Shown here: in pieces, positions 47,386 through 56,593 of the stretch | Position numbering within the stretch: the first letter of the stretch is position 1 | Layout of the letters: every line of letters starts with the position of its first letter | Assembly (NCBI GenBank): GCA_958295915.1 | Contig: OY282381.1 | Coordinates: 144,722 to 208,721, forward strand | Direction of reading: 5' to 3' | From: an uncultured Caldilineaceae bacterium | GTDB lineage: Bacteria > Chloroflexota > Anaerolineae > Caldilineales > Caldilineaceae | Length of the DNA: 64,000 bases | The notes under the pieces: generated by a model | What the model saw: the letters and a program-made list of their open reading frames with translations, nothing else | The model's database searches: none | What the model was told of the DNA's origin: nothing | Position numbers and translations under genes: made by a program

Positions 47386-47425
47386 GCGCGCCGCAGGGTT
47401 TGCGCAGCGTGCGAAGCCCGAATTC
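47374..47425. repeat. Repeat family B, short form, inverted, containing the mrpA stop codon
   Basis: AATTCGGGCTGAGCGCGCCGCAGGGTTTGCGCAGCGTGCGAAGCCCGAATTC. 12-nt terminal inverted repeats. Confidence 0.85.
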
Positions 47426-47445
47426 TGAATCGCTGAGTCTCTATC

Positions 47446-47973
47446 ATGCCGGAACTTTATCTCCGTCTGTTGAATCGCATCCTGACACCTGTCCTACTGC
47501 TGCTGGCTCTCTTCCTGCTGCTGCGCGGACACAACCTGCCCGGTGGCGGATTCATCGCCGGGCTGATGGCGGCATCCGCCTTTGAGCTGCAGATTTTGAG
47601 CCGTGGGCATGAAACGGTTCGCCAAGCGATCGGCCCGTACCTCAACAGCGCGATTGGATTGGGGCTGGGGGTTGCCATCTGCTCTGGAATCGCCGGACTG
47701 CTGGAAGGCACTTTCTTCAAAGGCGTGTGGGTTAACCTGCGTCTGCCCCTATTGGGCCAAGTGGATATCGGCACACCGCTACTCTTTGATCTGGGGGTAT
47801 TTCTTATTGTGGTAAGTGTAACGACTTTCTATCTTCTTGGCCTCAGCCGGGCCTCGGACGGCGCCATCTCCCAGCTTTCGGGCGCGGTTGCGGACGCGCC
47901 GTTCGATGCAGACAGCGTCGGGGAAGGAGAGGCAGCCACAGGGGTTGCCCCTAGAGGAAGGGCCGAATCATGA
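47446..47973 (+). CDS. mrpB: Na+/H+ antiporter subunit B (MrpB/MnhB)
   Basis: [16 protein letters not shown] motif. The C-terminal tail contains repeat D. Confidence 0.9.
   Translation: MPELYLRLLNRILTPVLLLLALFLLLRGHNLPGGGFIAGLMAASAFELQILSRGHETVRQAIGPYLNSAIGLGLGVAICSGIAGLLEGTFFKGVWVNLRLPLLGQVDIGTPLLFDLGVFLIVVSVTTFYLLGLSRASDGAISQLSGAVADAPFDADSVGEGEAATGVAPRGRAES
47854..47906 (+). repeat. Palindromic repeat family D, copy 1 (in-frame in mrpB)
   Basis: TCGGACGGCGCCATCTCCCAGCTTTCGGGCGCGGTTGCGGACGCGCCGTTCGA. Confidence 0.9.
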
Positions 47974-48503
47974 TTGCCTTACTCCTCGCGATTGCGGTCG
48001 GAAGCCTCTTTGCGTCTGGCGCATATATGATAATGCGAAGAGGACAGATCAAGCTGATCCTCGGCCTCGGACTGTTGAGTCACGGCGTCAATTTGCTGCT
48101 GTTCGGTTCAGGCGCTCTGACGATGGGGCGTCCGCCAATCTTTCTGGACAAAAAAAAGTACGCCGAGACCCTGGCGACGGTCGTCCCGGCGGATCCTCTG
48201 CCCCAAGCCCTGATCCTGACAGCCATAGTCATCAGCTTCGGTATTACTGCCTTCGTGATCGTGTTGATCAACCGCAGGCATACCATCACCGCCACGGACG
48301 TCGTGCATGGCGAGCTTGTGCCTCTGCTGCGGGAAGGGGATCCCTTCGACTTCAGCGAATCTCAGGACACTGACGAGTACGACTGGCTGGCCTATGAGGT
48401 GGATGAGGTCTATGATAGCGACGAATCGCTGACTGGCTCAACACAGCGGCCGACATCGGAGATCGACGAATCCGAGGCTATGAAAAGGGTCGACTACCGA
48501 TGA
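47970..48503 (+). CDS. mrpC: Na+/H+ antiporter subunit C (MrpC/MnhC, NuoK-like)
   Basis: [18 protein letters not shown] overlap with mrpB. About 60-aa acidic C-terminal extension. Confidence 0.9.
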   Translation: MIALLLAIAVGSLFASGAYMIMRRGQIKLILGLGLLSHGVNLLLFGSGALTMGRPPIFLDKKKYAETLATVVPADPLPQALILTAIVISFGITAFVIVLINRRHTITATDVVHGELVPLLREGDPFDFSESQDTDEYDWLAYEVDEVYDSDESLTGSTQRPTSEIDESEAMKRVDYR

Positions 48504-50125
48504 ACCTGAGTGCCATGTTGAATGGCGCGTCCGCAACCGCGCCCGAAAGCTGGGAGATGGCGCTATCCAACCTGCTGGCTGCGCCGGTCGCCATTCCCCT
48601 CCTGACGGCTGCCCTCATTCTGCTCTTCGCCCGTTGGGGAGGCCGACGGCGCATCCGTCTGCAAGGCGTCCTTACGGGGCTGGCCCTATTCCTCAATCTG
48701 GCGGTTGCCTTATTCCTGTTTCAGGCGACCGCGGGACGGGGCGAACGATTCGTTCTACAGATGGGAGCATGGTCGGCGCCCTTTGGCATCACCGTCTATG
48801 GCGACGGCCTCTCGGCCACGCTCTTGTTGCTGACGGCGCTGGTAGCGATGGCTGTATATCCATTCGCTGTCGCCACAATCGACTACCACCGGGAGCGGAT
48901 GGGCTTTTACCCCTTGTATCTGTTACTTCTGATGGGTGTCAACGGAGCGTTCTTGGCGGGTGATCTCTTCAATCTGTATGTGTTCTTTGAGGTGCTGCTG
49001 ATGGCGAGCTTCGTGCTGCTGACGGTCGGGGCGCAGCCAGCCCAGACGAACAGTGGAATTCGTTACGTTGTCCTCAATTTGCTGGCATCGACGGTGTTCT
49101 TAGTCGCTGCCGGGGTCGCATACGGCACTTTGGGCACGCTCAATATGGCCCAGATCGCGCAGCGGTTGCCGCTGGCTTCTGCGGCAGTGCGCACGGTCTT
49201 CGCCGGTCTGTTGCTGGTTGGATTCGGCAGCAAGGCCGCTATCTTTCCGCTCTTCTTCTGGCTGCCGTCCAGCTACCACACGCCACCGCCGGCGGTCACA
49301 GCTCTGTTTGGCGGGTTGCTGACAAAAGTCGGCGTGTATACGCTCTTTCGTAGCTATACGCTCTTCTTCCCCGATCTGCTCATCGACTGGCAGCAGCCGC
49401 TGCTGACTTTGGCCGGGGCGACGATGCTCGTGGGCGCGCTCGGCGCGCTGGCCCAGCCGGGGATCCGTCGGCTGCTCAGCTTTCACATCATTAGCCATGT
49501 AGGCTTTATGCTGATGGGCCTCGCGGTCGCGCTGAGCGGCAATCAGTTGGCCATCGGCTTCGGTCTGGCGGCCGCAGTGCTGTACCTCTGTCATCATATG
49601 ATCGTCAAGACGGCGCTGATCATGGCTGGGGGGGCGGTGGAACTCTATATGGGCAGCGACCGCTTGGCTTCCATCGGTGGGCTGGTGACTCGACAGCCTT
49701 TTCTGGCATTTCTCTTTTTCCTGGCCGCTATCTCACTGGCCGGCATTCCCCCTTTCAGCGGCTTCGTGAGCAAATTGAGTCTGTTGCAGATCACCCTGGA
49801 TACGCGACACTGGCTGGTGTCGGGTGTAAGCGTCTTCGCCAGCCTCTTGACTATGATCAATATGATACGCCTCTGGCGGGAGTCTTTCTGGGGTGAGTAT
49901 AAACGGCCAGGCCGGATCCCATCCCGCATCTTGCAGAGCAAAGCCCGTCAGTGGCTCATGCTGACTCCAATCGCCGTGCTTGTATTGCTCAGCCTCGGTC
50001 TGGGCATTCTGGGAGAGCCGGCCTTCCGGTTGACAACGCGGGTGGCGCAGCAGGCATTGGATCGCCAAGCGTACATCGAAGCGGTAAGACCAGCGGCTAG
50101 TGACCCATGGTCGGTGAAACGATGA
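48500..50125 (+). CDS. mrpD: Na+/H+ antiporter subunit D (MrpD/MnhD, NuoN/M-like)
   Basis: ATGA overlap with mrpC. Typical proton-pump TM core (FFWLPSSYHTPPPAVTALF). Confidence 0.92.
   Translation: MNLSAMLNGASATAPESWEMALSNLLAAPVAIPLLTAALILLFARWGGRRRIRLQGVLTGLALFLNLAVALFLFQATAGRGERFVLQMGAWSAPFGITVYGDGLSATLLLLTALVAMAVYPFAVATIDYHRERMGFYPLYLLLLMGVNGAFLAGDLFNLYVFFEVLLMASFVLLTVGAQPAQTNSGIRYVVLNLLASTVFLVAAGVAYGTLGTLNMAQIAQRLPLASAAVRTVFAGLLLVGFGSKAAIFPLFFWLPSSYHTPPPAVTALFGGLLTKVGVYTLFRSYTLFFPDLLIDWQQPLLTLAGATMLVGALGALAQPGIRRLLSFHIISHVGFMLMGLAVALSGNQLAIGFGLAAAVLYLCHHMIVKTALIMAGGAVELYMGSDRLASIGGLVTRQPFLAFLFFLAAISLAGIPPFSGFVSKLSLLQITLDTRHWLVSGVSVFASLLTMINMIRLWRESFWGEYKRPGRIPSRILQSKARQWLMLTPIAVLVLLSLGLGILGEPAFRLTTRVAQQALDRQAYIEAVRPAASDPWSVKR
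48518..48570 (-). repeat. Palindromic repeat family D, copy 2 (inverted, in-frame in mrpD codons 7-24)
   Basis: TTGAATGGCGCGTCCGCAACCGCGCCCGAAAGCTGGGAGATGGCGCTATCCAA is the reverse complement form of copy 1. Confidence 0.9.
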
Positions 50126-50232
50126 AGAATGTAACGCAAAGGCGATGAGGAAGAATACAACGCAAAGGCGCAGAGACGCAAAGGACGCAAGGAACCCCCT
50201 GGAAACATCTTGGCTGCTTTGCGTTAAAAATT
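50126..50232. repeat. Family A-like repeat (ACGCAAAGG-rich) after mrpD
   Basis: AACGCAAAGGCGCAGAGACGCAAAGGACGCAAGGAA ... CTTTGCGTT. Confidence 0.6.
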
Positions 50233-50404
50233 CATCATCCCCATCTTGAGACGCACCCATTCCGTATTCATGGTTACGCAGTAGTTGACAAAGCAGGTAG
50301 AATAAGAGAATAAGGGCAGGATGTGAAAGATCGACTTCTACAGCGCCTCTTCCGAGCAGAGGCGCAAGTCAACCTCCTCTCTGACCGGTCAGGAGACTAA
50401 ACCT

Positions 50405-50884
50405 ATGGCAACGACAGCGGCGCCCGCCTCCCTGGAAGAACGCATCGCACGGCTGGAAGCGCAACGCAACGCCCCGATGCCCACTGAACGCCTCGCCCGC
50501 ATCGAAGGCGCGTACGAACACCTGGCAACCAAAGCCGATCTGCAGACCGTCAAGGCGGATATCGCAACCGTCAAGGCGGATATAGCAACTGTCAAGTCGG
50601 AGCTACAAGGAGAGATAGCAGCCGTCAAGGCGGATATAGCAACTGTCAAGTCGGAGCTACAAGGAGATATTGCAGCCGTCAGGTCGGAACTGCAAGGGGA
50701 TATCGCAGCCGTCAGGTCGGATATCGCAACTGTCAAGTCGGAGCTACAAGGAGAGATGGCGGATGTTCGCGTCACTGTGCAGGCCGTCCAATCGGAACAG
50801 AGAGCGCTCAAGTGGATGATGGGCATCGGGATTGCAGGCATTCTGTTCCCGCTGCTCCGTGACCTCCTGGCGCAGTTGCCCTAG
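50405..50884 (+). CDS. Tail-anchored coiled-coil repeat protein (paralog of 31856..32281) inserted between mrpD and mrpE
   Basis: RLARIEGAYEHLATKADLQ head, VKADIAT heptads and VKSELQGEIAA hendecads, and a C-terminal TM LKWMMGIGIAGILFPLLRDLLAQLP. AGGAGA ribosome site. Confidence 0.82.
   Translation: MATTAAPASLEERIARLEAQRNAPMPTERLARIEGAYEHLATKADLQTVKADIATVKADIATVKSELQGEIAAVKADIATVKSELQGDIAAVRSELQGDIAAVRSDIATVKSELQGEMADVRVTVQAVQSEQRALKWMMGIGIAGILFPLLRDLLAQLP
50549..50764. repeat. Coding tandem repeats of 21-nt and 33-nt units
   Basis: GTCAAGGCGGATATCGCAACC x2, then GTCAAGTCGGAGCTACAAGGAGAGATAGCAGCC and variants. Confidence 0.88.
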
Positions 50885-50924
50885 CCAACACACCCTAGCC
50901 ACTGATCACTGCAGTTACTGACTT
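50883..50924. repeat. Repeat family C fragment between the coiled-coil gene and mrpE
   Basis: CTAGCCACTGATCACTGCAGTTACTGAC. Confidence 0.65.
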
Positions 50925-51563
50925 ATGCAGCGTCTCCTTGTGCTTAATCTGTTCATTTCACTGCTATGGCCGATTCTGAACGGTGACCACTCATTGCGCG
51001 CGCTGCTCATCGGTTTCATCTTAGGTTTTGTTCTGCTGTCGATTGTGCAACGGAAGTACGGGTACTATACACTGAAACTTTTCAGATTCACCGCCTATGT
51101 CCTGTATGCGATCCTGCAAAGCAACCTGCGGTTGGCCGCGATAGTGCTTGCCAACGCCTTGCGCTCTACATCCAGCCTGCGCCCGGGCATTGTAGCCGTG
51201 CCGCTTGCGTTGACCAATCCTTTGGATATTACAGTGTTGGCATCGATCATCACCCTGACACCTGGCACCTTAAGCGTTGATTTAGACGAGAATGTTCACG
51301 GGCATATTTGGCCCTACAACGGGTCGGACGCCGCAACCTCCCAGCTTTCGGGCGCGGTTGCGGACGCGCCGTCCGATTCTGACGACGAACTGGTGGAGGC
51401 AAAAGCGGACGGCGGCGCGCTTCAGCATCCGAAACTGCTGCTTGTCCACACCGTACATATCGTCGAGCCAAAGGCGTTCCGGGCAGAAATCAAACACAAC
51501 TTCGAACGCCCGATCCTGGAGCTGCGGTGGCTTCTTGAAGAGTTGGATGCCGCGGACATGTGA
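50925..51563 (+). CDS. mrpE: Na+/H+ antiporter subunit E (MrpE/MnhE)
   Basis: LNLFISLLWPILNG and ITLTPGTLSVDL motifs. About 45-aa internal insertion containing repeat D. Confidence 0.88.
   Translation: MQRLLVLNLFISLLWPILNGDHSLRALLIGFILGFVLLSIVQRKYGYYTLKLFRFTAYVLYAILQSNLRLAAIVLANALRSTSSLRPGIVAVPLALTNPLDITVLASIITLTPGTLSVDLDENVHGHIWPYNGSDAATSQLSGAVADAPSDSDDELVEAKADGGALQHPKLLLVHTVHIVEPKAFRAEIKHNFERPILELRWLLEELDAADM
51324..51376 (+). repeat. Palindromic repeat family D, copy 3 (in-frame in mrpE)
   Basis: TCGGACGCCGCAACCTCCCAGCTTTCGGGCGCGGTTGCGGACGCGCCGTCCGA. Confidence 0.9.
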
Positions 51564-51579
51564 GGAAAAACAAGCAACG

Positions 51580-51981
51580 ATGAGCAACGAACTTTTCGAA
51601 CTGAGCCTGGGTGTACTGATGACACTGCTGACATTTTCCCTGCTGCTCTGCTTCTGGCGGCTGCTGCGCGGGCCGAACATCCCCAACCAGACAGTCGCAT
51701 TCGATCTGATCTCGATCCATGCGGTCGGCATTTTTGTTCTGTTTGCCGTGACCAGCCGGTCGTATGTTCTGTTAGAAGGTGCGATCATCACAGCAGTGCT
51801 CGGATTTCTGGGCACGATGATGTTTGCCCGCGCCTTGGAACGCTCCCCCCACACGAGATGGTTGGAACGCCAGACCAAAGGGGAGGAGTACTCATCTCCC
51901 GACCCGACCATCAGGGGCAACATGCAGGCGAGACGCCTGCGTTCCCCGGTAGAAAGGCGCTTCAATGGACCCGTTGACTAA
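51580..51981 (+). CDS. mrpF: Na+/H+ antiporter subunit F (MrpF/MnhF)
   Basis: LLCFWRLLRGPNIPNQTVAFDLI motif. ATG 51580 lies within the longer ORF 51292..51981. About 40-aa C-terminal extension. Confidence 0.85.
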   Translation: MSNELFELSLGVLMTLLTFSLLLCFWRLLRGPNIPNQTVAFDLISIHAVGIFVLFAVTSRSYVLLEGAIITAVLGFLGTMMFARALERSPHTRWLERQTKGEEYSSPDPTIRGNMQARRLRSPVERRFNGPVD

Positions 51982-52354
51982 GAACCTGATCGTCATTCTC
52001 CTCGCTACCATCGGTACGTTCTTTCTACTCATCAGTAGCCTTGGCATACTGCGGTTGCCGGATGTATTTACGCGAATGCACGCGGCCGGCACGGCTTCGA
52101 CACTGGGAATCAGTTGCCTGCTGCTGGCGACTGGGGTCTACTTTCTTGAGGATGGGCAGATGTTCCGTATGATCGCGCTGATCATACTTTTCTTTGTGAC
52201 AGCGCCCATCGCCACCACAACGATGGCCAGAGCCGCCTATCGCATGAGCGACTCTGACCAATTTTTGCTTGCGCATGACGATCTGGCCGCGCTTTCCGAT
52301 CAGGATTTTCAGGATGAAAGGATGAGTGACGGCCCGCAGGCCAGTGTACAATGA
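51965..52354 (+). CDS. mrpG: Na+/H+ antiporter subunit G (MrpG/MnhG)
   Basis: LGILRLPDVFTRMHAAGTASTLG motif. Confidence 0.9.
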   Translation: MDPLTKNLIVILLATIGTFFLLISSLGILRLPDVFTRMHAAGTASTLGISCLLLATGVYFLEDGQMFRMIALIILFFVTAPIATTTMARAAYRMSDSDQFLLAHDDLAALSDQDFQDERMSDGPQASVQ

Positions 52355-53916
52355 CTCAGAACGACCTGATTCTCGCAATCGATCTGGGCAGCTCCTCCAT
52401 ACGGGCGTCCGCCTACCAGACGAACGGCGAACGACTGGAAGACGTGTCGGCGTATCGGTACACGCAACAGGCTGCCGACGGCACATTTGATCCCTATACC
52501 GTCACGGAACTCGCAGAGCAGGTGGTCAGTGAATGTCTGGAACGGGTACGGGCGTTGCGCGGCGAGTATCGCTTTCTGGCAGTTGCGTGGACCAGCTTCG
52601 CCATGAGCTGGGTCGGGGTAAATAGTAGCGGTCAGCCGGTCACACCTGTGTACACCTACGCCGACACCCGCAGCGGGCCTTATGCGGATAGATTGCAGCG
52701 GGAATTGGAACAAGAAGGCGCTTTCGACAGCACATGCCGACGCACAGGCACACCGATTCACAGCGCGTACGCGCCGGCGCAACTGCTCCGACTGGCAAGC
52801 GAAGAGCCCGAGCGGCTCGCGCGAGTCGCCTTTTGGCAGACTCTTGCCTCTCACCTGTTGGCCCGCTGGCAGGGCCGTCCCTTTGCGCCTATCAGCAGCA
52901 GTGAAGCCGGCTGGACAGGACTGTTGAATCGCGATATGTATTCCTGGGATGCGGAACTTGTGCGGCGGATCGATCTTGGCCGAGAGAGTTTGCCTTCTAT
53001 TATTGACTATGCGAAATATACGCATAGTCTAGCCGATCCTTGGGCCAAGCGCTGGCCGGAATTGGCGCAGGCGCCTTTCCTCCTGGCAGTGGGTGATGGC
53101 GTCGGCGCCAATCTCGGCAGCGGCTGTACAGACAACCGTCGCATCGCCCTGACCATCGGCACGACCGCAGCCATGCGGGTAGTCATCCCCATAGCGGAGA
53201 GGAGCTCTCAGCCTGGCGCTCAGATCGACTTCGGTAGGGACGTCCCTTGTGGGCAGCCCGACGCGAGCGATCCTGTACTGGAGGCACCTGCCGGGCTATG
53301 GAGCTACCCCATCGACAGTAGCCGTTGGCTCCTGGGCGGCGCCTTGACCGATGGCGGGTCTCTCTACTCTTGGCTACACGAAATATTGGCGGTGGAAGAT
53401 AGCGATGCGCTGTTGGCGAGGGCCGCGCGGTTGGCGCCAGACGCACACGGACTGACCATTCTACCTTTTTTGCGCGGAGAGCGCGCGCCTGGCTGGGCCA
53501 CCGAAGCCACTCTCACGATCAGCGGAATGACGCCGGCGACGACTCCAGCCCACATCATCCGGGCGACCTTCGAGGCAATCGCCTTCCGCTTCCGCCTGAT
53601 TTACGATCTACTCAGGCCCTATCTTGCCCCTGACAGTGAAATCGTCGCCAGTGGCGGCGCGCTCCAAGAGAACGGTCTATGGCGACAAATTCTGGCGGAT
53701 GTTCTGCAGACGCCGGTGCATCTGGTTGATGTGGATGAGGCTACCAGTCGCGGCGCGGCGATTCTGGCTCTGCAAGCGCTGAATCTTCCGCAGCCACCAC
53801 TTCCGCCAACCATACACACTGCCATGCCCGACAAACAGGCGGGCAAACGATATGAGGCGGCGACGCGCCGTCAGGAGGAACTCTACCGGCGAGTCATAGG
53901 CGTTCCATACCCGTAG
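52351..53916 (+). CDS. FGGY-family carbohydrate kinase (gluconokinase/xylulokinase-like)
   Basis: LAIDLGSSSIRAS phosphate-1 motif and GGALTDGGS. ATGA overlap with the mrpG stop. Confidence 0.85.
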   Translation: MTQNDLILAIDLGSSSIRASAYQTNGERLEDVSAYRYTQQAADGTFDPYTVTELAEQVVSECLERVRALRGEYRFLAVAWTSFAMSWVGVNSSGQPVTPVYTYADTRSGPYADRLQRELEQEGAFDSTCRRTGTPIHSAYAPAQLLRLASEEPERLARVAFWQTLASHLLARWQGRPFAPISSSEAGWTGLLNRDMYSWDAELVRRIDLGRESLPSIIDYAKYTHSLADPWAKRWPELAQAPFLLAVGDGVGANLGSGCTDNRRIALTIGTTAAMRVVIPIAERSSQPGAQIDFGRDVPCGQPDASDPVLEAPAGLWSYPIDSSRWLLGGALTDGGSLYSWLHEILAVEDSDALLARAARLAPDAHGLTILPFLRGERAPGWATEATLTISGMTPATTPAHIIRATFEAIAFRFRLIYDLLRPYLAPDSEIVASGGALQENGLWRQILADVLQTPVHLVDVDEATSRGAAILALQALNLPQPPLPPTIHTAMPDKQAGKRYEAATRRQEELYRRVIGVPYP

Positions 53917-53943
53917 GGGCAAAACCCTTGTGGTTGCCCGTAG
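53914..53943. repeat. Family F variant hairpin containing the kinase stop codon
   Basis: GTAGGGGCAAAACCCTTGTGGTTGCCCGTAG. Confidence 0.6.
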
Positions 53944-54029
53944 CTGATTCGGAACGTCGCTGGCGCTTCGGGCGGGAGCGCGAACCTTCGCGCCCTTCGC
54001 CGTAGCGCACTTCTGTTCACATTGACAGG

Positions 54030-55256
54030 TTAATCCCCTGCCACTCTGGACATCGCCCCGATTGCGACGGAAGAGGCGTTTTTGCGGCATATATACAGCG
54101 CAACCACCGTTAGAACCCCATAGACGACCGTCGTTATGCCAAACACGCCTCGCATTCCAAACCAGACGGCGGCGGCGGCCCCCAACATCGGCGCCACCAT
54201 GCGCCCGGCTGAGTTGACGCTGTTGCTCAGCCCGAAAGTTGTGCCATGGGCGCCTTGGGGCGTTCGCATATTCAGGAGCGCGCTGGTAGCGGGCATTATG
54301 GCGCCGGCGCTGATACCGGTCAGTGCCTGCAGGAAAACCAGTTGCCAGGCGTTGACGACAAAGGCCTGCGGCAGATAGACAAGCACGGCAAAGAGAGAAC
54401 CGGCCAGCAACACTTTTTCATGGCCGACGCGATCACTCAGCCGCCCCAGATAGATGGCGCTGACTGAACCGAGGGCAGCTTTGGCGCCCATACTCAGGCC
54501 GGTTATGGTAGCGGCGCCTTCGCTGGAAGACAGCAACATCACAAAAAACAGGGCGGTGATGGGCAAAGTAACCGACCGCCCCAGGCTTTGCAGAAACGAG
54601 ACGGAGTACAGTGACGCTATATCCGGCACACGCAGCAGATTGCGATACCCAGACCAGAAATCGATCCGCTCCTGAGCTGGCGGGGGCTCGAACTCCTCCT
54701 CCACCCAGAAGATGATCGCGACCCCGGCCAGACCCAGGGCCACACCTGTCAGCCAGAAGCTGGCCCGGAAGCCAAAGGCTTCGCCAATCACGCCGCCGAT
54801 CAGCGGACCGACCGCCACACCTATCCACGTGCCGGTCTGGACCAGGCCAAGGGCCTCACCGGACTTCTCTCGGGGGGTGGAGGCGGCCACCAGCGCGCTG
54901 GTGGCTGAGACAACACCGGTCAACAGCCCCTGCACTGTGCGTATCAACACCAGTTGTTCGGCATTTTGCGCGAAGCCCATCAGCACGACCATCAAGGCGC
55001 CGCCCAGGCTGGCGCGTATGAGCATCGGTTTGCGGCCGTAACGGTCGGCGATAACGCCCCATAGGGGGGACGACAACATCATTGTGACGGCCTGGGAGGA
55101 GAAGACCAGCCCCGACCAAAAGGCTACGGAGCCTTTTGTCGCCACGCCCAGTTCGGCCACGTAGAGCGGTAAAAAGGGAAAGACGAGACTGAACCCGGCG
55201 ACCGAGAGGATCTGCACGGCGCATAAAATGTATAGATTACGTCGCCACTTCTCCAT
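54030..55256 (-). CDS. MFS transporter
   Basis: Twelve TM-like segments and the loop 2-3 motif GVIADRYGRKPML. ATG 55256, with an alternative GTG at 55268. Confidence 0.88.
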   Translation of the reverse strand: MEKWRRNLYILCAVQILSVAGFSLVFPFLPLYVAELGVATKGSVAFWSGLVFSSQAVTMMLSSPLWGVIADRYGRKPMLIRASLGGALMVVLMGFAQNAEQLVLIRTVQGLLTGVVSATSALVAASTPREKSGEALGLVQTGTWIGVAVGPLIGGVIGEAFGFRASFWLTGVALGLAGVAIIFWVEEEFEPPPAQERIDFWSGYRNLLRVPDIASLYSVSFLQSLGRSVTLPITALFFVMLLSSSEGAATITGLSMGAKAALGSVSAIYLGRLSDRVGHEKVLLAGSLFAVLVYLPQAFVVNAWQLVFLQALTGISAGAIMPATSALLNMRTPQGAHGTTFGLSNSVNSAGRMVAPMLGAAAAVWFGMRGVFGITTVVYGVLTVVALYICRKNASSVAIGAMSRVAGD

Positions 55257-55404
55257 AACCGTTCCCACTCATCGCGCACTTATTGACGATGAATCCCGGC
55301 TAAATCGCTTTTGTAAACCGCTAAAGTAAAGGACAGAGTCTATGCTACCACACGACAAGACAATGGACAAATGACATCTAAATGAACATCTAGCAGCCGG
55401 GTCT

Positions 55405-56487
55405 TCAAACTACCTGCTGCGCCAGGAGCGCGAGTAGACCGAGAGTGATGTTGTAGGAAGCGTGCGCAATGGCGCAGGTTGTGGTATTAAAACGTATCCG
55501 CAGCAGGCCCAATAGCAGTCCAACGATCAACACAGCCAGCGTAGACAGGGTGATGCCGTACTGGCTATGGATGAGAGCAAAGAGGAGACTGGTGAATATC
55601 AAACCAAAGCGGGGCTGCAGCGCGCCGCGGAAGAGCGTTTCTTCGCCGATGCCGGCAGCCAGACCCAATGTAAGGATACCCGGAATCGAACTCATCAGCG
55701 ACCCGAACAGTACTTCCGACAGGCGTTCGACGTTTTCATCCGGCCTTAGCCCGACCGCGGATGCGCCGGCTTCCAGCAGGAGGATGACAGCGACAGAGAG
55801 CAGACCAGCGCCCACGCCGATACCGATCTCGACGGGGCCTGGGATGACGAGGCCGAGCCGTTCTAACGACTGCAACCACTTGCGACGGGTCAGCCAGCCG
55901 ACGCCGATCAGCGCCCACAAGGCGAATGTCAGTTGTTGCGCCCACAGAGATGCCAGCAGCGAAGCGCTATCGGTAGAGCTTCCTTCAGCTTCAGTTAGAT
56001 TTGCCAAAGTGTCCAAGCCGATGGCGAGCGTGAACGTCAGATTGATGACGATCAGCATCACGAATGAGAGGGCGACCGCATGTACGGCGCTCCGGGGATC
56101 GATGGGGATCAGCCTGGCGAAACGACGACGCACAGGTGGGAGCAGGAGTAGCAGAGCGGCCAGGGCCGGCGCCCACAGGCTGACCCCGAGCCTGTCCAAG
56201 TTGTCCAGGATGAACAGGATATCATCGGACTGCGCGGCGCCCTGGCTGCTCAGAATGTCCAAGATGTCTGCTCGGTCGCCGCTGATGTTCATAAGCAGGC
56301 CGAGCGCCTGTAGCAGCACGCCGCATGCTGCCAGACCGCCGAAGATGACAAGATGCAGTAGGTAGGTAAGCCCGGCCAGCGCGCTTTCGCGATCGCCGGC
56401 CAGCCGACGCGTATCGGCAAGATTTGCCAGAAAGATAATCAAGATAAAGGGAACGAATAGCAGCACTGTGGTTACGCTTTCAAACAT
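55405..56487 (-). CDS. CPBP-family intramembrane glutamic endopeptidase (CAAX protease-like)
   Basis: GIGEETLFRG, FALIHSQ and AHASYN motifs in the C-terminal third. ATG 56487, with an alternative GTG at 56517. Confidence 0.85.
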   Translation of the reverse strand: MFESVTTVLLFVPFILIIFLANLADTRRLAGDRESALAGLTYLLHLVIFGGLAACGVLLQALGLLMNISGDRADILDILSSQGAAQSDDILFILDNLDRLGVSLWAPALAALLLLLPPVRRRFARLIPIDPRSAVHAVALSFVMLIVINLTFTLAIGLDTLANLTEAEGSSTDSASLLASLWAQQLTFALWALIGVGWLTRRKWLQSLERLGLVIPGPVEIGIGVGAGLLSVAVILLLEAGASAVGLRPDENVERLSEVLFGSLMSSIPGILTLGLAAGIGEETLFRGALQPRFGLIFTSLLFALIHSQYGITLSTLAVLIVGLLLGLLRIRFNTTTCAIAHASYNITLGLLALLAQQVV

Positions 56488-56593
56488 GATAGCGTTTGCC
56501 CCTGCATTGCATGCCACTACTCCGCAGCTTTAGATGGAGTCATGGCAGAAATAAACGATTCAGTTGTCTGTTTCTGGCGCGCGGGACCAGAAA

